From Chloroflexota bacterium (GTDB lineage: Bacteria; Chloroflexota; Limnocylindria; QHBO01): a stretch of 64,000 nt of DNA. Made by a program: the position numbers and the translations under genes. Below, piece by piece: positions 31,427-40,722 of the stretch (the stretch's first letter is position 1; each line of letters opens with the position of its first letter). The stretch is from the NCBI GenBank assembly GCA_052388515.1, contig JBQTHZ010000070.1, forward strand, positions 9,924 through 73,923, read 5' to 3'. Under the pieces are notes generated by a model. It worked only from the letters and a program-made list of their open reading frames with translations, was not told the DNA's origin and did no database searches.

Positions 31427-34400
31427 ATGGTGCGCGGGGTCGTCGCTTCGAGCGTGAGGTTCCGGCTGCTCGTCATCGGCATCGCAGCGGCGCTCATGCT
31501 GGTCGGTGCGACACAGCTGCGGAACGCACGCGTCGACATCCTGCCCGAGTTCAGTCCGCCGTACGTCGAGGTGCAGACGGAGGCGCTCGGCCTCTCAGCT
31601 GAGGAGGTCGAGGAGCTCATCACCATTCCTCTCGAGGCCGACCTCCTCAATGGGGTGGCGTTCCTCGAGGAGATCCGGTCGGAGTCGATCACCGGGCTGT
31701 CGTCGATCGTGATGACCTTCGAGCCCGGGACGGATATCTTCGAGGCTCGGCAGGTCGTCGCAGAACGACTTACGCAGGCGCACGCCCTCCCGAACGTGTC
31801 GAAGCCGCCGGCCATGCTCCAGCCGCTGGCGACCGAGAACCGGGTCATGATGGTCAGCCTCCGTGCGAGCGACCTGTCCCTGATCGACATGTCGGTACTG
31901 GCACGCTGGAACATCCGCCCCCGTCTCATGGGCGTTCCGGGGGTTGCCAACGTGTCTATCTGGGGCGAGCGCAACCGCCAGCTCCAGGTGCTGGTCGATC
32001 CGACTGAGCTCCAGGAGCAGGGGGTCACGTTGGGCGAGGTCATCACCACGACCGGCAATGCGCTGTGGGTCTCCCCGTTGACGTTCCTTGAGTCATCCAC
32101 GCCCGGTACCGGAGGCTTTATCGATACGCCGAACCAGCGATTGGGCATCCAGCACGTCCTGCCCATCCGATCGGCGGAGGATCTGGCGCGGGTCGTGGTC
32201 GAAACCGAGGACACAAGCCAGAGGCTCCGCCTCGGCGACATCGCAACCGTTGTGGAGGACCACCCGCCGCTGATCGGTGATGCGGTCGTCGGTGATGGAC
32301 ACGGCCTGTTACTGGTGATCGAGAAATTTCCCGGCGTCAACACCCTGGAGGTGACGCGGAGCATCGACGAGGCGCTTGCGGCGATGCTGCCAGGCCTGAG
32401 CGGCATCCAGATCGACACGACGGTGTTCCGACCGGCGAACTTCATCGAGGCCTCGATCGGCAACATCACGCTCGCGCTGCTGATCGGCTTCCTCCTCATC
32501 GCGCTGGTCCTCGGGACCCTCCTCTTTGACTGGCGAGCCGCCCTGATCAGCCTGATCACGATCCCGCTCTCCCTGGCGACCGCTGGGCTGGTCCTCCACT
32601 TTGCCGGCGCGACGCTGAACGTGATGGTCATGGCCGGATTGATCGTGGCCATCGGTGTCATCGTCGATGACGCCGCGACCAGCGTCGAGAGCGTCCTCGG
32701 TCGGCTCCGTAGGCCACAGGAGGGCGACGAGGAACGGACCCCAGCGGTACTCGTCACGCAGGCAGTCCTCGAAGGCCGCCGTCCGATCCTCTACGCCACC
32801 CTGGTCATCCTGCTGGCCCTCGTCCCGGTTTTTTTCATCGGCGGCACGGTCAGCGCGTTCCTGCCGCCGCTGGCCATCGCCTACGGGGTGGCAGTGCTCG
32901 CTTCGATGGCGGTCACGCTCACCGTTGCGCCAGCCCTGGCGGTCCTCCTCCTTTGGCGCGGTTCCGCGGCACGGCGCGAGTCGCCGATCCTGAGCCGATT
33001 GCGCGGTCATTATGGCGCCGCGCTGAGCTCATTTCTGCACCGCAGGCGACCCGGCCTGCTCACCGGCGGAGTCGCCGTGCTGGGCGTGGCCGCCCTCATC
33101 GGCCTTCTCGTGGTACCTCAGGCAAGCGGCTCCGCCTCTGTCTTGCCATCATTCAAGACCAACGAGCTGCTGATCCATTGGGACGGCGCTGCCGGTACAT
33201 CCCGACCCGAGATGGCCCGCATCGTCGGCCGCGCCACGCAGGAGCTCCGAACCATCCCCGGTGTCCAGAACGTGGACGGTCACGTCGGCCGAGCCATCCT
33301 CTCCGACGCGATCACCGACGTGAGCTCGGGCGAGGTCTGGCTCACGATCGACGGCACCGCCGACCACGACCAGACGATCGCCGCGATCAGCAACACGGTC
33401 GACGGCTATCCGGGTCTGGGCAGGGCGATCGTGACGTACCCGGAGGAGCGCATCAGCGAGGTCCTCTCGGGTAGCGAGCATGACGCGGTCGTTCGGGTCT
33501 ACGGCCATGAGTTATCGACCCTCCGTGATCGGGCCGAGGCGGTCCGCCAAGCGATAGCGGGCGTCGCCGGCGTTGTCGATGCCTCTGTCCTGGCTCCGGT
33601 CGAGGAGGCGGCCCTCGAGGTCGAGGTAGACCTCGAGGCGGCCCATGAGTTCGGCCTCAAGGCCGGAGACGTCCGCCGCGCAGCGACCACGCTGCTCTCG
33701 GGCATCGAGGTCGGCCTGCTCTTCGAAGAGCAAAAGGTGTTCGACGTCGTGGTCTGGGGCAAGCCGGAGCTCCGCACGAGCATCTCCAGCGTCGAGAACC
33801 TCATGATCGAAACGTCGGCAGGCGACCTCGTCCGCTTGGCCCAGGTGTCGGACGTGCGGATCGCACCCACGCCGAGTGTCATCACACGCGAGGGCGTCCG
33901 CCGGATCATGGAGGTCGGCGCGAACATCAGCGGCCGCGACGTCGGATCCGCGCTTCGCGATATAAACGTGGCGGTCGGCGCGGTCGAGTTCCCGCTCGAG
34001 TACCACGCCGAGGTGTTCAGCGAGGCAGCAAATCGAGAGGCGGCCCAGACCACGCTGCTGGCGGTGCTGGCTGGCGCGACGATCATGGTATTCCTCCTTG
34101 TCCAGGCGGTCGTCGCCAGCTGGCGTCTTGCGGCATTCGTCTTCGTCACCCTGCCGACGGCGCTCGTCGGTGGCATGCTGACCGCGTTTGCTGGAGGCGA
34201 GCTCGTCTCGATCGGTACGCTGGCAGGTCTCTTCGCGGTGCTCGCAATCAGCATCCGCACCAGCATCTCGCTCATCGATCACTTTCAGAACCTCGAGCGC
34301 ACGGGGTCGGCGCATGCATTCGGCCCGCAGCTGGTCCTGGCGGGCGCCCAGGACCGCCTGGGGCCAACCCTGATGACCGTGCTCGCGGCGGCCGTTGGCG

Positions 34401-34606
34401 TGGTCCCATTCATTGTGCTCGGAGAGGTCGCGGGCCTCGAGGTCGTACGGCCGATGGCGATCTTCGTCCTCGGCGGGCTGATCACCTCGACGCTGTTGAC
34501 GTTGTTCATCGTGCCCGACATCTATCTGCGCTCCGGTCCAAGCCCGCAGGCTGAGGCGGAGACGCTGTCGACTGAGCAGCCGGCCCTCGAGCCGACGATG
34601 GCATAG
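31427..34606 (+). CDS. RND efflux transporter permease, CusA/CzcA-like (paralog 1)
   Basis: ~1059 aa. N-terminus VRFRLLVIGIAAALMLVG..VDILPEFSPPYVEVQT, TM4 acidic relay VIVDDAATSVESV and 12-TM/two-loop architecture. An alternative GTG start is at 31394. Confidence 0.92.
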   Translation: MVRGVVASSVRFRLLVIGIAAALMLVGATQLRNARVDILPEFSPPYVEVQTEALGLSAEEVEELITIPLEADLLNGVAFLEEIRSESITGLSSIVMTFEPGTDIFEARQVVAERLTQAHALPNVSKPPAMLQPLATENRVMMVSLRASDLSLIDMSVLARWNIRPRLMGVPGVANVSIWGERNRQLQVLVDPTELQEQGVTLGEVITTTGNALWVSPLTFLESSTPGTGGFIDTPNQRLGIQHVLPIRSAEDLARVVVETEDTSQRLRLGDIATVVEDHPPLIGDAVVGDGHGLLLVIEKFPGVNTLEVTRSIDEALAAMLPGLSGIQIDTTVFRPANFIEASIGNITLALLIGFLLIALVLGTLLFDWRAALISLITIPLSLATAGLVLHFAGATLNVMVMAGLIVAIGVIVDDAATSVESVLGRLRRPQEGDEERTPAVLVTQAVLEGRRPILYATLVILLALVPVFFIGGTVSAFLPPLAIAYGVAVLASMAVTLTVAPALAVLLLWRGSAARRESPILSRLRGHYGAALSSFLHRRRPGLLTGGVAVLGVAALIGLLVVPQASGSASVLPSFKTNELLIHWDGAAGTSRPEMARIVGRATQELRTIPGVQNVDGHVGRAILSDAITDVSSGEVWLTIDGTADHDQTIAAISNTVDGYPGLGRAIVTYPEERISEVLSGSEHDAVVRVYGHELSTLRDRAEAVRQAIAGVAGVVDASVLAPVEEAALEVEVDLEAAHEFGLKAGDVRRAATTLLSGIEVGLLFEEQKVFDVVVWGKPELRTSISSVENLMIETSAGDLVRLAQVSDVRIAPTPSVITREGVRRIMEVGANISGRDVGSALRDINVAVGAVEFPLEYHAEVFSEAANREAAQTTLLAVLAGATIMVFLLVQAVVASWRLAAFVFVTLPTALVGGMLTAFAGGELVSIGTLAGLFAVLAISIRTSISLIDHFQNLERTGSAHAFGPQLVLAGAQDRLGPTLMTVLAAAVGVVPFIVLGEVAGLEVVRPMAIFVLGGLITSTLLTLFIVPDIYLRSGPSPQAEAETLSTEQPALEPTMA

Positions 34607-34617
34607 GAGCGATCGAG

Positions 34618-35046
34618 ATGAAGCGCAGCAGCGTGTGGGTGTTCACTGGCCTGGTGATCGTCTCGCTCATGCTGACGGGCTGCAGTGATCCGGCGGAGGC
34701 GCCTGCGGACGAGGCCATCCATATCGAGGAGCTCGAGTCGGGACTCAGCACGCTGACGCTCTCGGCCAAGGCAGCCGAGCGGCTCGGCGTGCAGACGACG
34801 GAGGTCGAGGATCGCGGCGCGCAGAAAGTCGTCCCGTACGCGTCGGTGATCTACGACGCGCAGGGCGCGACCTGGGCCTACGTGGCGACCGAGCAACTCA
34901 GCTTCGAGCGGGCATCGATCGTCGTGGAGGTGATCACCGGTGACGAAGCGATCCTGACCGATGGACCTCCTGCGGGTACTCCGGTCGTGATCGTGGGTGC
35001 GGCCGAGCTGTACGGTGCCGAGACCGGCGTCGGCGGCGGCCACTGA
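34618..35046 (+). CDS. lipoprotein resembling a truncated RND membrane-fusion (periplasmic adaptor) protein
   Basis: Lipobox LMLTGC. LTLSAKAAERLGVQTTEVE resembles an adaptor N-terminal strand. KVVPYASVIYDAQGATWAYVA..IVVEVITGDEAILTDGPPAGTPVVIVGAAELYGAE resembles an adaptor C-terminal segment. No room for lipoyl or alpha-hairpin domains in 142 aa. Confidence 0.75.
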   Translation: MKRSSVWVFTGLVIVSLMLTGCSDPAEAPADEAIHIEELESGLSTLTLSAKAAERLGVQTTEVEDRGAQKVVPYASVIYDAQGATWAYVATEQLSFERASIVVEVITGDEAILTDGPPAGTPVVIVGAAELYGAETGVGGGH

Positions 35047-35081
35047 GCGACTGCCCTACATCGAAGGCGGGTCACGAAACG

Positions 35082-38000
35082 ATGCTTCGGCTGATCATCG
35101 CCACCAGCCTGCGCTTCCGCTTCATCATCATCGCGGCGGCCGCCGGGTTGATGTTCTTCGGGCTCGGACAGATCCGGAACATGCCGGTCGACGTGTTCCC
35201 CGAATTCGCCCCGCCCAAAGTCGAGGTCCAGACGATCACGCTGGGGCTCTCCGCGGCGGAGGTCGAATCCCTGGTCACGGTTCCGCTGGAGCAGGCCCTG
35301 GCCGGCGTGGAAGGGCTGGACATCTTGCGCTCGAAGTCGGTCGCCCAGCTGTCCCAGATCGAGATGATCTTCAAGCCCGGCACGGACCTCCTGCGGGCTC
35401 GGCAGCTGGTCCAGGAACGCATCAACGGGATCACCGGCACGTTGCCGACATGGGCCAGTCCGCCGTTCATGATGCAGCCCCTCTCGGCAACGAGCCGGGT
35501 GATCAAGATCGGGCTCTCGTCGGATACTATCGACCTGCTCGACCTGTCGAGCATGTCGTACTGGACGATCCGCGCGCGCCTCCTGGGCGTGCCGGGTGTC
35601 GCCAACGTGATGATCTATGGCGAGCGCCTCGAGCAGATGCACGTCCAGGTCATCCCCGAGAAGCTCGAAGAGCATGGAGTTTCCATCGCCACGGTGATGG
35701 AGGCGAGCTCCGAGGCACTCGACGAGGGCATCCTGATGTTCTCGGATGCGAATGCCTTCGGGACCGGCGGCTGGATCGAGACCGCCAACCAACGGTTCAC
35801 CATCGTCCATCCGCCACCGATTCGCACTGCCGAAGATTTGGCCCACGTGGCGGTCCAGGGTCGTGACGGCAACCTCGTCGACCTCGATGAGCTCGCTCTC
35901 CTGGTCCGCGACCACCAGCCGCTCCACGGCGAGGCGGTGATCAACGACGGCCCCGGGATCATGCTCATCGTCGAGAAGTTCCCGTGGGCGAACACGCTCG
36001 ACGTGACCCGCGGCGTCGAGGCAGCGATGGAAGCCCTGAAGCCAGGAATGGTCGGAATCGAGGTCGATACCACGATGTTCCGGCCCGCGAGCTTCATCGA
36101 GATCGCGCTGACGAACCTGACCTCGGCGCTGCTCATCGGCAGCCTGCTGGTGTTCGTCGTCCTGATTCTCTTCCTGTACGACTGGCGAACGGCGCTGATC
36201 AGCCTGGTCGCGATTCCCCTGTCGCTCATGGCCGCGGCGATGGTGCTCTACCTGAGCGACGTCACCATCAACACGATGATCCTTGCCGGATTCGTGATCT
36301 CGGTCGGAGTGGTCGTCGATGATGCGATCATCGACATCGAGAACATCGTCCGCCGCCTTCGGCAGCATCGCCTGCAGGGGACCGGCGTCTCGACGGCGCG
36401 GGTGATCCTTGAGGCCTCGATCGAAGTCCGGAGCGCGATTGTCTACGCAACCCTCATCGACATCGTCGCGATCACCCCGGTGTTCTTCATCGAGGGCCTT
36501 TCCGGCGCCTTCTTCTTTCCGCTCGCGGTTTCCTACGGGCTCGCGGTCATGGCGTCGCTGTTCGTCGCGCTGACGGTCACGCCGGCCCTTGCCTACATCC
36601 TGTTGCGCAATGCGCCCATCGAACGCCATCGCTCACCGATCACGCAGCGGCTGCAATCCGCCTACGGGGGACTCGTGGCTGGCATCATCCGCAGCACGCG
36701 CCCGGTATTTGCCGCAGTCGGCGTCGTGAGCGTGCTCGGGCTGGCCGTCTGGCCGCAGCTCGGCCAGTCGCTCCTGCCAGACTTCAAGGAACGTGACTTC
36801 CTCATGCACTGGGTGGCGGCGCCGAGCACCTCGCATACGGAGGAGACGCGGATCACGATCGAAGCGTGCAACGAGCTGCGAACCATCCCAGGCGTCCGCA
36901 ACTGCGGTGCCCACATCGGCCAGGCGTTCCTCGGTGACGAACCCTACGGCATCGAGTTCGGGGAGAACTGGATCAGCATCGACCCGTCCGTCGACTACGA
37001 TGCGACTCATGCTGCCGTCCAGGAGGTCGTGGATGGCTATCCCGGGCTGCGACGGGACGTCCAGACGTATCTCAAGGAGCGCATCCGTGAGGTCCTGACC
37101 GGCTCGAGCGAGGCGATCGTGGTGCGGATCTACGGCCCGGATCTCCAGATCCTGCGCGACAAGGCCGCAGAGGTCGAGGAGGCTTTCTCGGCGATCCCCG
37201 GATTGATCGACCTTCATACCGAGCAGCAGGTCGACATCCCGCAGATCCAGGTCGAGGTCGACCTGGCAGCCGCAGAGGGATACGGGATCAAGCCGGGTGA
37301 CGTGCGGCGGGCGGCGGCCGCGCTTGTCGCGAGCGAGGAGGTCGGCGACGTGTTCTTCGGGGGACAGGCTTATGACGTCCACGTATGGAGCGTCCCCGAA
37401 GCCCGCAACAGCGTCAGCGACATCAAGCACCTGCTCATGGACGCCGCCGACGGCAGCAAGGTCCGCCTGGGTGAGGTCGCCGACGTGCGAGTCGCCGCGA
37501 CGCCAGGGCATATCAGCCACGAACGTCTTGCGCGCCGCATCGACGTCGAGGCCAACGTCGACGGGCGAGATCTCGGCTCCGTCTATCGCGATGTTGAGGC
37601 CGCCCTTGCGGGGGTCCGGTGGCCGCAGGAGTACCACCCCGAGCTTCTGGGCGAGTATGTCGAGCGCCAGGCGGCCCAGGATCGCCTGTTCCTGTTCGCA
37701 ATCGCCGCGGCGATCGGCGTGTTCCTCCTGCTCCAGGCTTCCTTCGGCAACACGCGGCTGGCAGTCCTCTCGTTCCTGACCCTTCCGTCGGCCCTGGTCG
37801 GTGGAGTGCTCGCAACGTGGATCGGGACCGGCGTGGTTTCACTGGGGTCGCTGGTCGGGTTCTTCACGGTCCTGGGCATCGCCGCCCGCAACGGGATCAT
37901 GATGATCAACCACTTCCAGCACCTGGAGCGCGAGGAGGGTGAGCCATTCGGACCCGGCCTCGTCATCCGTGGCGCACGGGAGCGGCTCGCGCCGATCCTC

Positions 38001-38222
38001 ATGACCGCCCTCGCAACGGGTCTTGCGCTGGTTCCGCTCGCGATCGCCGGGGATCGGCCCGGTCACGAGATCGAGCACCCGCTGGCGATCGTCATCCTCG
38101 GCGGGCTGATCACCTCGACGTTGCTGAACCTGTTCGTCGTCCCCTCCCTGTATCTGCGCTTCGGAAGGAGCAGGGATGGGCAGGACCGTCCCCGCAAGGT
38201 GGTGGCGGCAACAACCGTCTGA
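35082..38222 (+). CDS. RND efflux transporter permease, CusA/CzcA-like (paralog 2)
   Basis: 1046 aa with [34 protein letters not shown] and [13 protein letters not shown]. Collinear similarity to paralog 1 throughout. Confidence 0.93.
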   Translation: MLRLIIATSLRFRFIIIAAAAGLMFFGLGQIRNMPVDVFPEFAPPKVEVQTITLGLSAAEVESLVTVPLEQALAGVEGLDILRSKSVAQLSQIEMIFKPGTDLLRARQLVQERINGITGTLPTWASPPFMMQPLSATSRVIKIGLSSDTIDLLDLSSMSYWTIRARLLGVPGVANVMIYGERLEQMHVQVIPEKLEEHGVSIATVMEASSEALDEGILMFSDANAFGTGGWIETANQRFTIVHPPPIRTAEDLAHVAVQGRDGNLVDLDELALLVRDHQPLHGEAVINDGPGIMLIVEKFPWANTLDVTRGVEAAMEALKPGMVGIEVDTTMFRPASFIEIALTNLTSALLIGSLLVFVVLILFLYDWRTALISLVAIPLSLMAAAMVLYLSDVTINTMILAGFVISVGVVVDDAIIDIENIVRRLRQHRLQGTGVSTARVILEASIEVRSAIVYATLIDIVAITPVFFIEGLSGAFFFPLAVSYGLAVMASLFVALTVTPALAYILLRNAPIERHRSPITQRLQSAYGGLVAGIIRSTRPVFAAVGVVSVLGLAVWPQLGQSLLPDFKERDFLMHWVAAPSTSHTEETRITIEACNELRTIPGVRNCGAHIGQAFLGDEPYGIEFGENWISIDPSVDYDATHAAVQEVVDGYPGLRRDVQTYLKERIREVLTGSSEAIVVRIYGPDLQILRDKAAEVEEAFSAIPGLIDLHTEQQVDIPQIQVEVDLAAAEGYGIKPGDVRRAAAALVASEEVGDVFFGGQAYDVHVWSVPEARNSVSDIKHLLMDAADGSKVRLGEVADVRVAATPGHISHERLARRIDVEANVDGRDLGSVYRDVEAALAGVRWPQEYHPELLGEYVERQAAQDRLFLFAIAAAIGVFLLLQASFGNTRLAVLSFLTLPSALVGGVLATWIGTGVVSLGSLVGFFTVLGIAARNGIMMINHFQHLEREEGEPFGPGLVIRGARERLAPILMTALATGLALVPLAIAGDRPGHEIEHPLAIVILGGLITSTLLNLFVVPSLYLRFGRSRDGQDRPRKVVAATTV

Positions 38223-38260
38223 CGAAAGACGGGGGGTCGAATGCAAGGGCCAGCCCCGCC

Positions 38261-38270
38261 CAGATATCTG
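38261..38270. promoter_or_regulatory. 10-bp perfect palindrome CAGATATCTG
   Basis: Located in the short spacer between RND paralog 2 and the next gene. The adjacent ATCTGATC is the reverse complement of GATCAGAT in the 29930-29952 palindrome. Confidence 0.25.
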
Positions 38271-38322
38271 ATCGGCTCGTATCGGAGGCATGGTCGGCTT
38301 GTATGGGAGGCAAGGGGACAAG

Positions 38323-39288
38323 GTGAGACGTGGCTTGAACCTCGCTACGTCGCGGACCCATCCGGTCGAGACGTCATTCCTGGCTTTGGCGGTCCTGGCT
38401 TCGGCATGCAGCGCCGGGCCCGGATTGACACCTCGGGAGGAAATGGCATGGCGCACCCCCGGGGCTGAGGTCGAGCCGACGTCATCTTACGGCGAGCCTA
38501 CGTCCTCGGACGAGCCGTTGACCGAGGACTTCGACGCGGCAACGTTCGAGGACCCGACCATGATCGACAACGAATGGTTCCCGTTCACTCCCGGCGCTCA
38601 TTGGGCGTATGAGGGGACCACCGTCGACGGTGACGAGACGTTCGAGCATCGCATCGAGTTCACGGTCACCGACTTGACCAAGGAGATCGCTGGCGTGCGC
38701 ACGCGTGTGGCGTGGATCGTCGACTACACCGGCGACGAGCTGGTGGAGAAGGAGATCGCCTTCTACGCGCAGGCGACCGACGGCACGGTCTGGTACCTGG
38801 GTGAACACCCCGAGGAGTATGAGGAGGAGGAGTTCGTCGAGGCGCCGACCTGGATTCATGGCGTGGAGGGGGCGGTCGCGGGGATCACCATGCCGGCCGA
38901 GCCAGAGGTCGCCGTACCCAGCTTCTCGCAGGGATGGGCACCGGCGGTCGAGTTCTCCGATCGCGGCGAGATCGCCGAGATCGTCGACGAATTCTGCATT
39001 GCCGAGCAGTGCTACCCGGCCCTCCTGATCGTTGAAGAGTTCAATCCAGACGAGCCGAACGCCTTCCAGCTCAAGTACTACGCCCGCGGCGTCGGCAATG
39101 TGGCGACCCGTTGGAGGGGCATCGACGCCGCGCAGGAGGAGCTTGAGCTCCTCAGCTTTGCCCAGCTCGATCGCGATGCTCTTGCTGAGATCAGGACCGA
39201 GGCTCTGGCCCTGGAGGCCCACGCATACGAGATCAGCACGGATGTATACGGCCTGACGCAGCCCATGGTGCAGGAGACCACGCCGTGA
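38323..39288 (+). CDS. secreted protein / lipoprotein of unknown function
   Basis: The GTG at 38323 follows GGGAGGCAAGGGGA. Signal peptide RRGLNLATSRTHPVETSFLALAVLASAC with an ASA-C cleavage site or lipobox-like site. Acidic mature protein (HPEEYEEEEFVE). The track ATG at 38290 is possible but has a poor SD. Confidence 0.7.
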   Translation: MRRGLNLATSRTHPVETSFLALAVLASACSAGPGLTPREEMAWRTPGAEVEPTSSYGEPTSSDEPLTEDFDAATFEDPTMIDNEWFPFTPGAHWAYEGTTVDGDETFEHRIEFTVTDLTKEIAGVRTRVAWIVDYTGDELVEKEIAFYAQATDGTVWYLGEHPEEYEEEEFVEAPTWIHGVEGAVAGITMPAEPEVAVPSFSQGWAPAVEFSDRGEIAEIVDEFCIAEQCYPALLIVEEFNPDEPNAFQLKYYARGVGNVATRWRGIDAAQEELELLSFAQLDRDALAEIRTEALALEAHAYEISTDVYGLTQPMVQETTP

Positions 39289-39437
39289 GTCGTTTGCGGG
39301 CACCCCGGTGATTGGGCTCGGCCCGAGCGTCGATCGCCGTACATGGACGCGCCAAGCTGCGGTTGGGACTCTATGATCGACGGTGCCTCCGTCGACAGTG
39401 CTCTTCGCCGCGGCGGGCAATGGTACCCTCGCGATCG

Positions 39438-39514
<77 letters not shown>

Positions 39515-39572
39515 ATGGCACCTGTGATCCGCGGTGCTTTCGCCCTCTGGCCGCGAGGCGTACACTCGGCCC

Positions 39573-40049
39573 ATGAAGACCGGCATCCTCGCGGTCATCG
39601 CGCTCGGCGCCGTGGTGTGGGGGTTTGCCGTCATCGGCATCTTCAGCGTCGCGCAGGCGATCGGTCCTTCGGTGCCGCCCGGCCCGGCGCCTCTGCTCGC
39701 CCCGATCGATTGGGATCTCGAACGGGCGCAGATCGTGAACCTGCCGGAGTATCCCGGGGCGGTCCGCTCCGAATTCCGCCAAGAGGTGTTCGGCGACGAG
39801 CTCGTCACCGAGATCGAGTATGTCGTCGAGTCGGGCACGCAGCAGGTCATCGGGCACTATCGGGAGACCTTTGATCGTGGCGGGTGGACCGTGACCGGAT
39901 CGACCTGGGTTCGCGGCGAGTGGACCTACGCCGTGAGCCGTGGCACTCGGCACGGTGTCGTCGAGATCGAGCGGCGGGACGGGGTTACCGAGGTCGAGGT
40001 GGAGATGGCCGAGCCGACCGTATCGCGAGGGCATCTCACCGACCGATGA
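39573..40049 (+). CDS. hypothetical membrane-anchored protein
   Basis: The internal ATG lies 6 nt downstream of a TACACT box. One N-terminal TM segment (ILAVIALGAVVWGFAVIGIF) is followed by a ~110-aa beta-rich domain. Confidence 0.65.
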   Translation: MKTGILAVIALGAVVWGFAVIGIFSVAQAIGPSVPPGPAPLLAPIDWDLERAQIVNLPEYPGAVRSEFRQEVFGDELVTEIEYVVESGTQQVIGHYRETFDRGGWTVTGSTWVRGEWTYAVSRGTRHGVVEIERRDGVTEVEVEMAEPTVSRGHLTDR

Positions 40050-40139
40050 GGCCGGCCTCCGTGCCCGTGGCATGGTCGCATCGAACGCCAGCCTGCTAGG
40101 ATCGGCCCGTCAACGCCCGAGCGCGAGGAGCAACCCCCA

Positions 40140-40718
40140 ATGCCACCGTGGGCCATCATTCTGCTGATCGCGATCGCGGTCATCGCCCTTTTTCTGGTCT
40201 TCACCTACAACGGCCTGGTCCGGCTGCGGAACATGGTCGATGAGGCATGGAACCAGATCAGCGTGCAGTTGAAGCGACGGCACGATCTGATTCCGAACCT
40301 CGTCAACGCGGTCAAGGGTTACATGGACTTCGAGCAGGAAACCCTGACGAAGGTCATCGAGGCCCGATCCGCCGCCGTCAGCGCCCAGCAGGGCGGCCCG
40401 GCCAACGCGGCGCAGGCAGGGCAGGCCGAGAACTTCCTGACCGGCGCCCTCCGTCAGCTCTTCGCCCTGGTCGAGAACTACCCCGATCTCAAGGCGAACG
40501 AGAACGTGATGCAGCTCCAGGAGGAGCTCACGACGACCGAGAACCAGATCGGCTTCAGTCGACAGCACTACAACAGCACGGTCCGGGAGTTCAACACCAG
40601 CGTCCAGACGTTCCCGACCGTGCTCATCGCCGGGATGTTCGGCTTCCGCGAGCGCGACTACTTCCAGATCGCCGAGTCGGACGCCGCGGTTCCGGAGGTC
40701 AACCTGCGTTCGGCCTAG
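40140..40718 (+). CDS. LemA family protein
   Basis: N-terminal TM segment, then YNGLVRLRN and NYPDLKANENV motifs. GAGGAG SD and an upstream TGcTAGGAT -10 (40097-40102). Confidence 0.9.
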   Translation: MPPWAIILLIAIAVIALFLVFTYNGLVRLRNMVDEAWNQISVQLKRRHDLIPNLVNAVKGYMDFEQETLTKVIEARSAAVSAQQGGPANAAQAGQAENFLTGALRQLFALVENYPDLKANENVMQLQEELTTTENQIGFSRQHYNSTVREFNTSVQTFPTVLIAGMFGFRERDYFQIAESDAAVPEVNLRSA

Positions 40719-40722
40719 GCCG

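Noticed and set aside
30889-36629. Antisense ORFs 30889..32757 (-, 622 aa), 33499..34315 (-) and 34878..36629 (-, 583 aa) across the RND genes
   Set aside because: They are Ser/Arg/Thr-rich antisense translations with no motifs. The plus-strand RND frames are unambiguous.
29695-39437. Classical integrative island at tRNA-Leu
   Set aside because: There is no integrase, transposase or excisionase ORF. I found no duplication of the tRNA-Leu 3' end near 39.3-39.4 kb; only a 7-nt GGGCACC match, which is insignificant. I therefore call it accessory but not demonstrably mobile.
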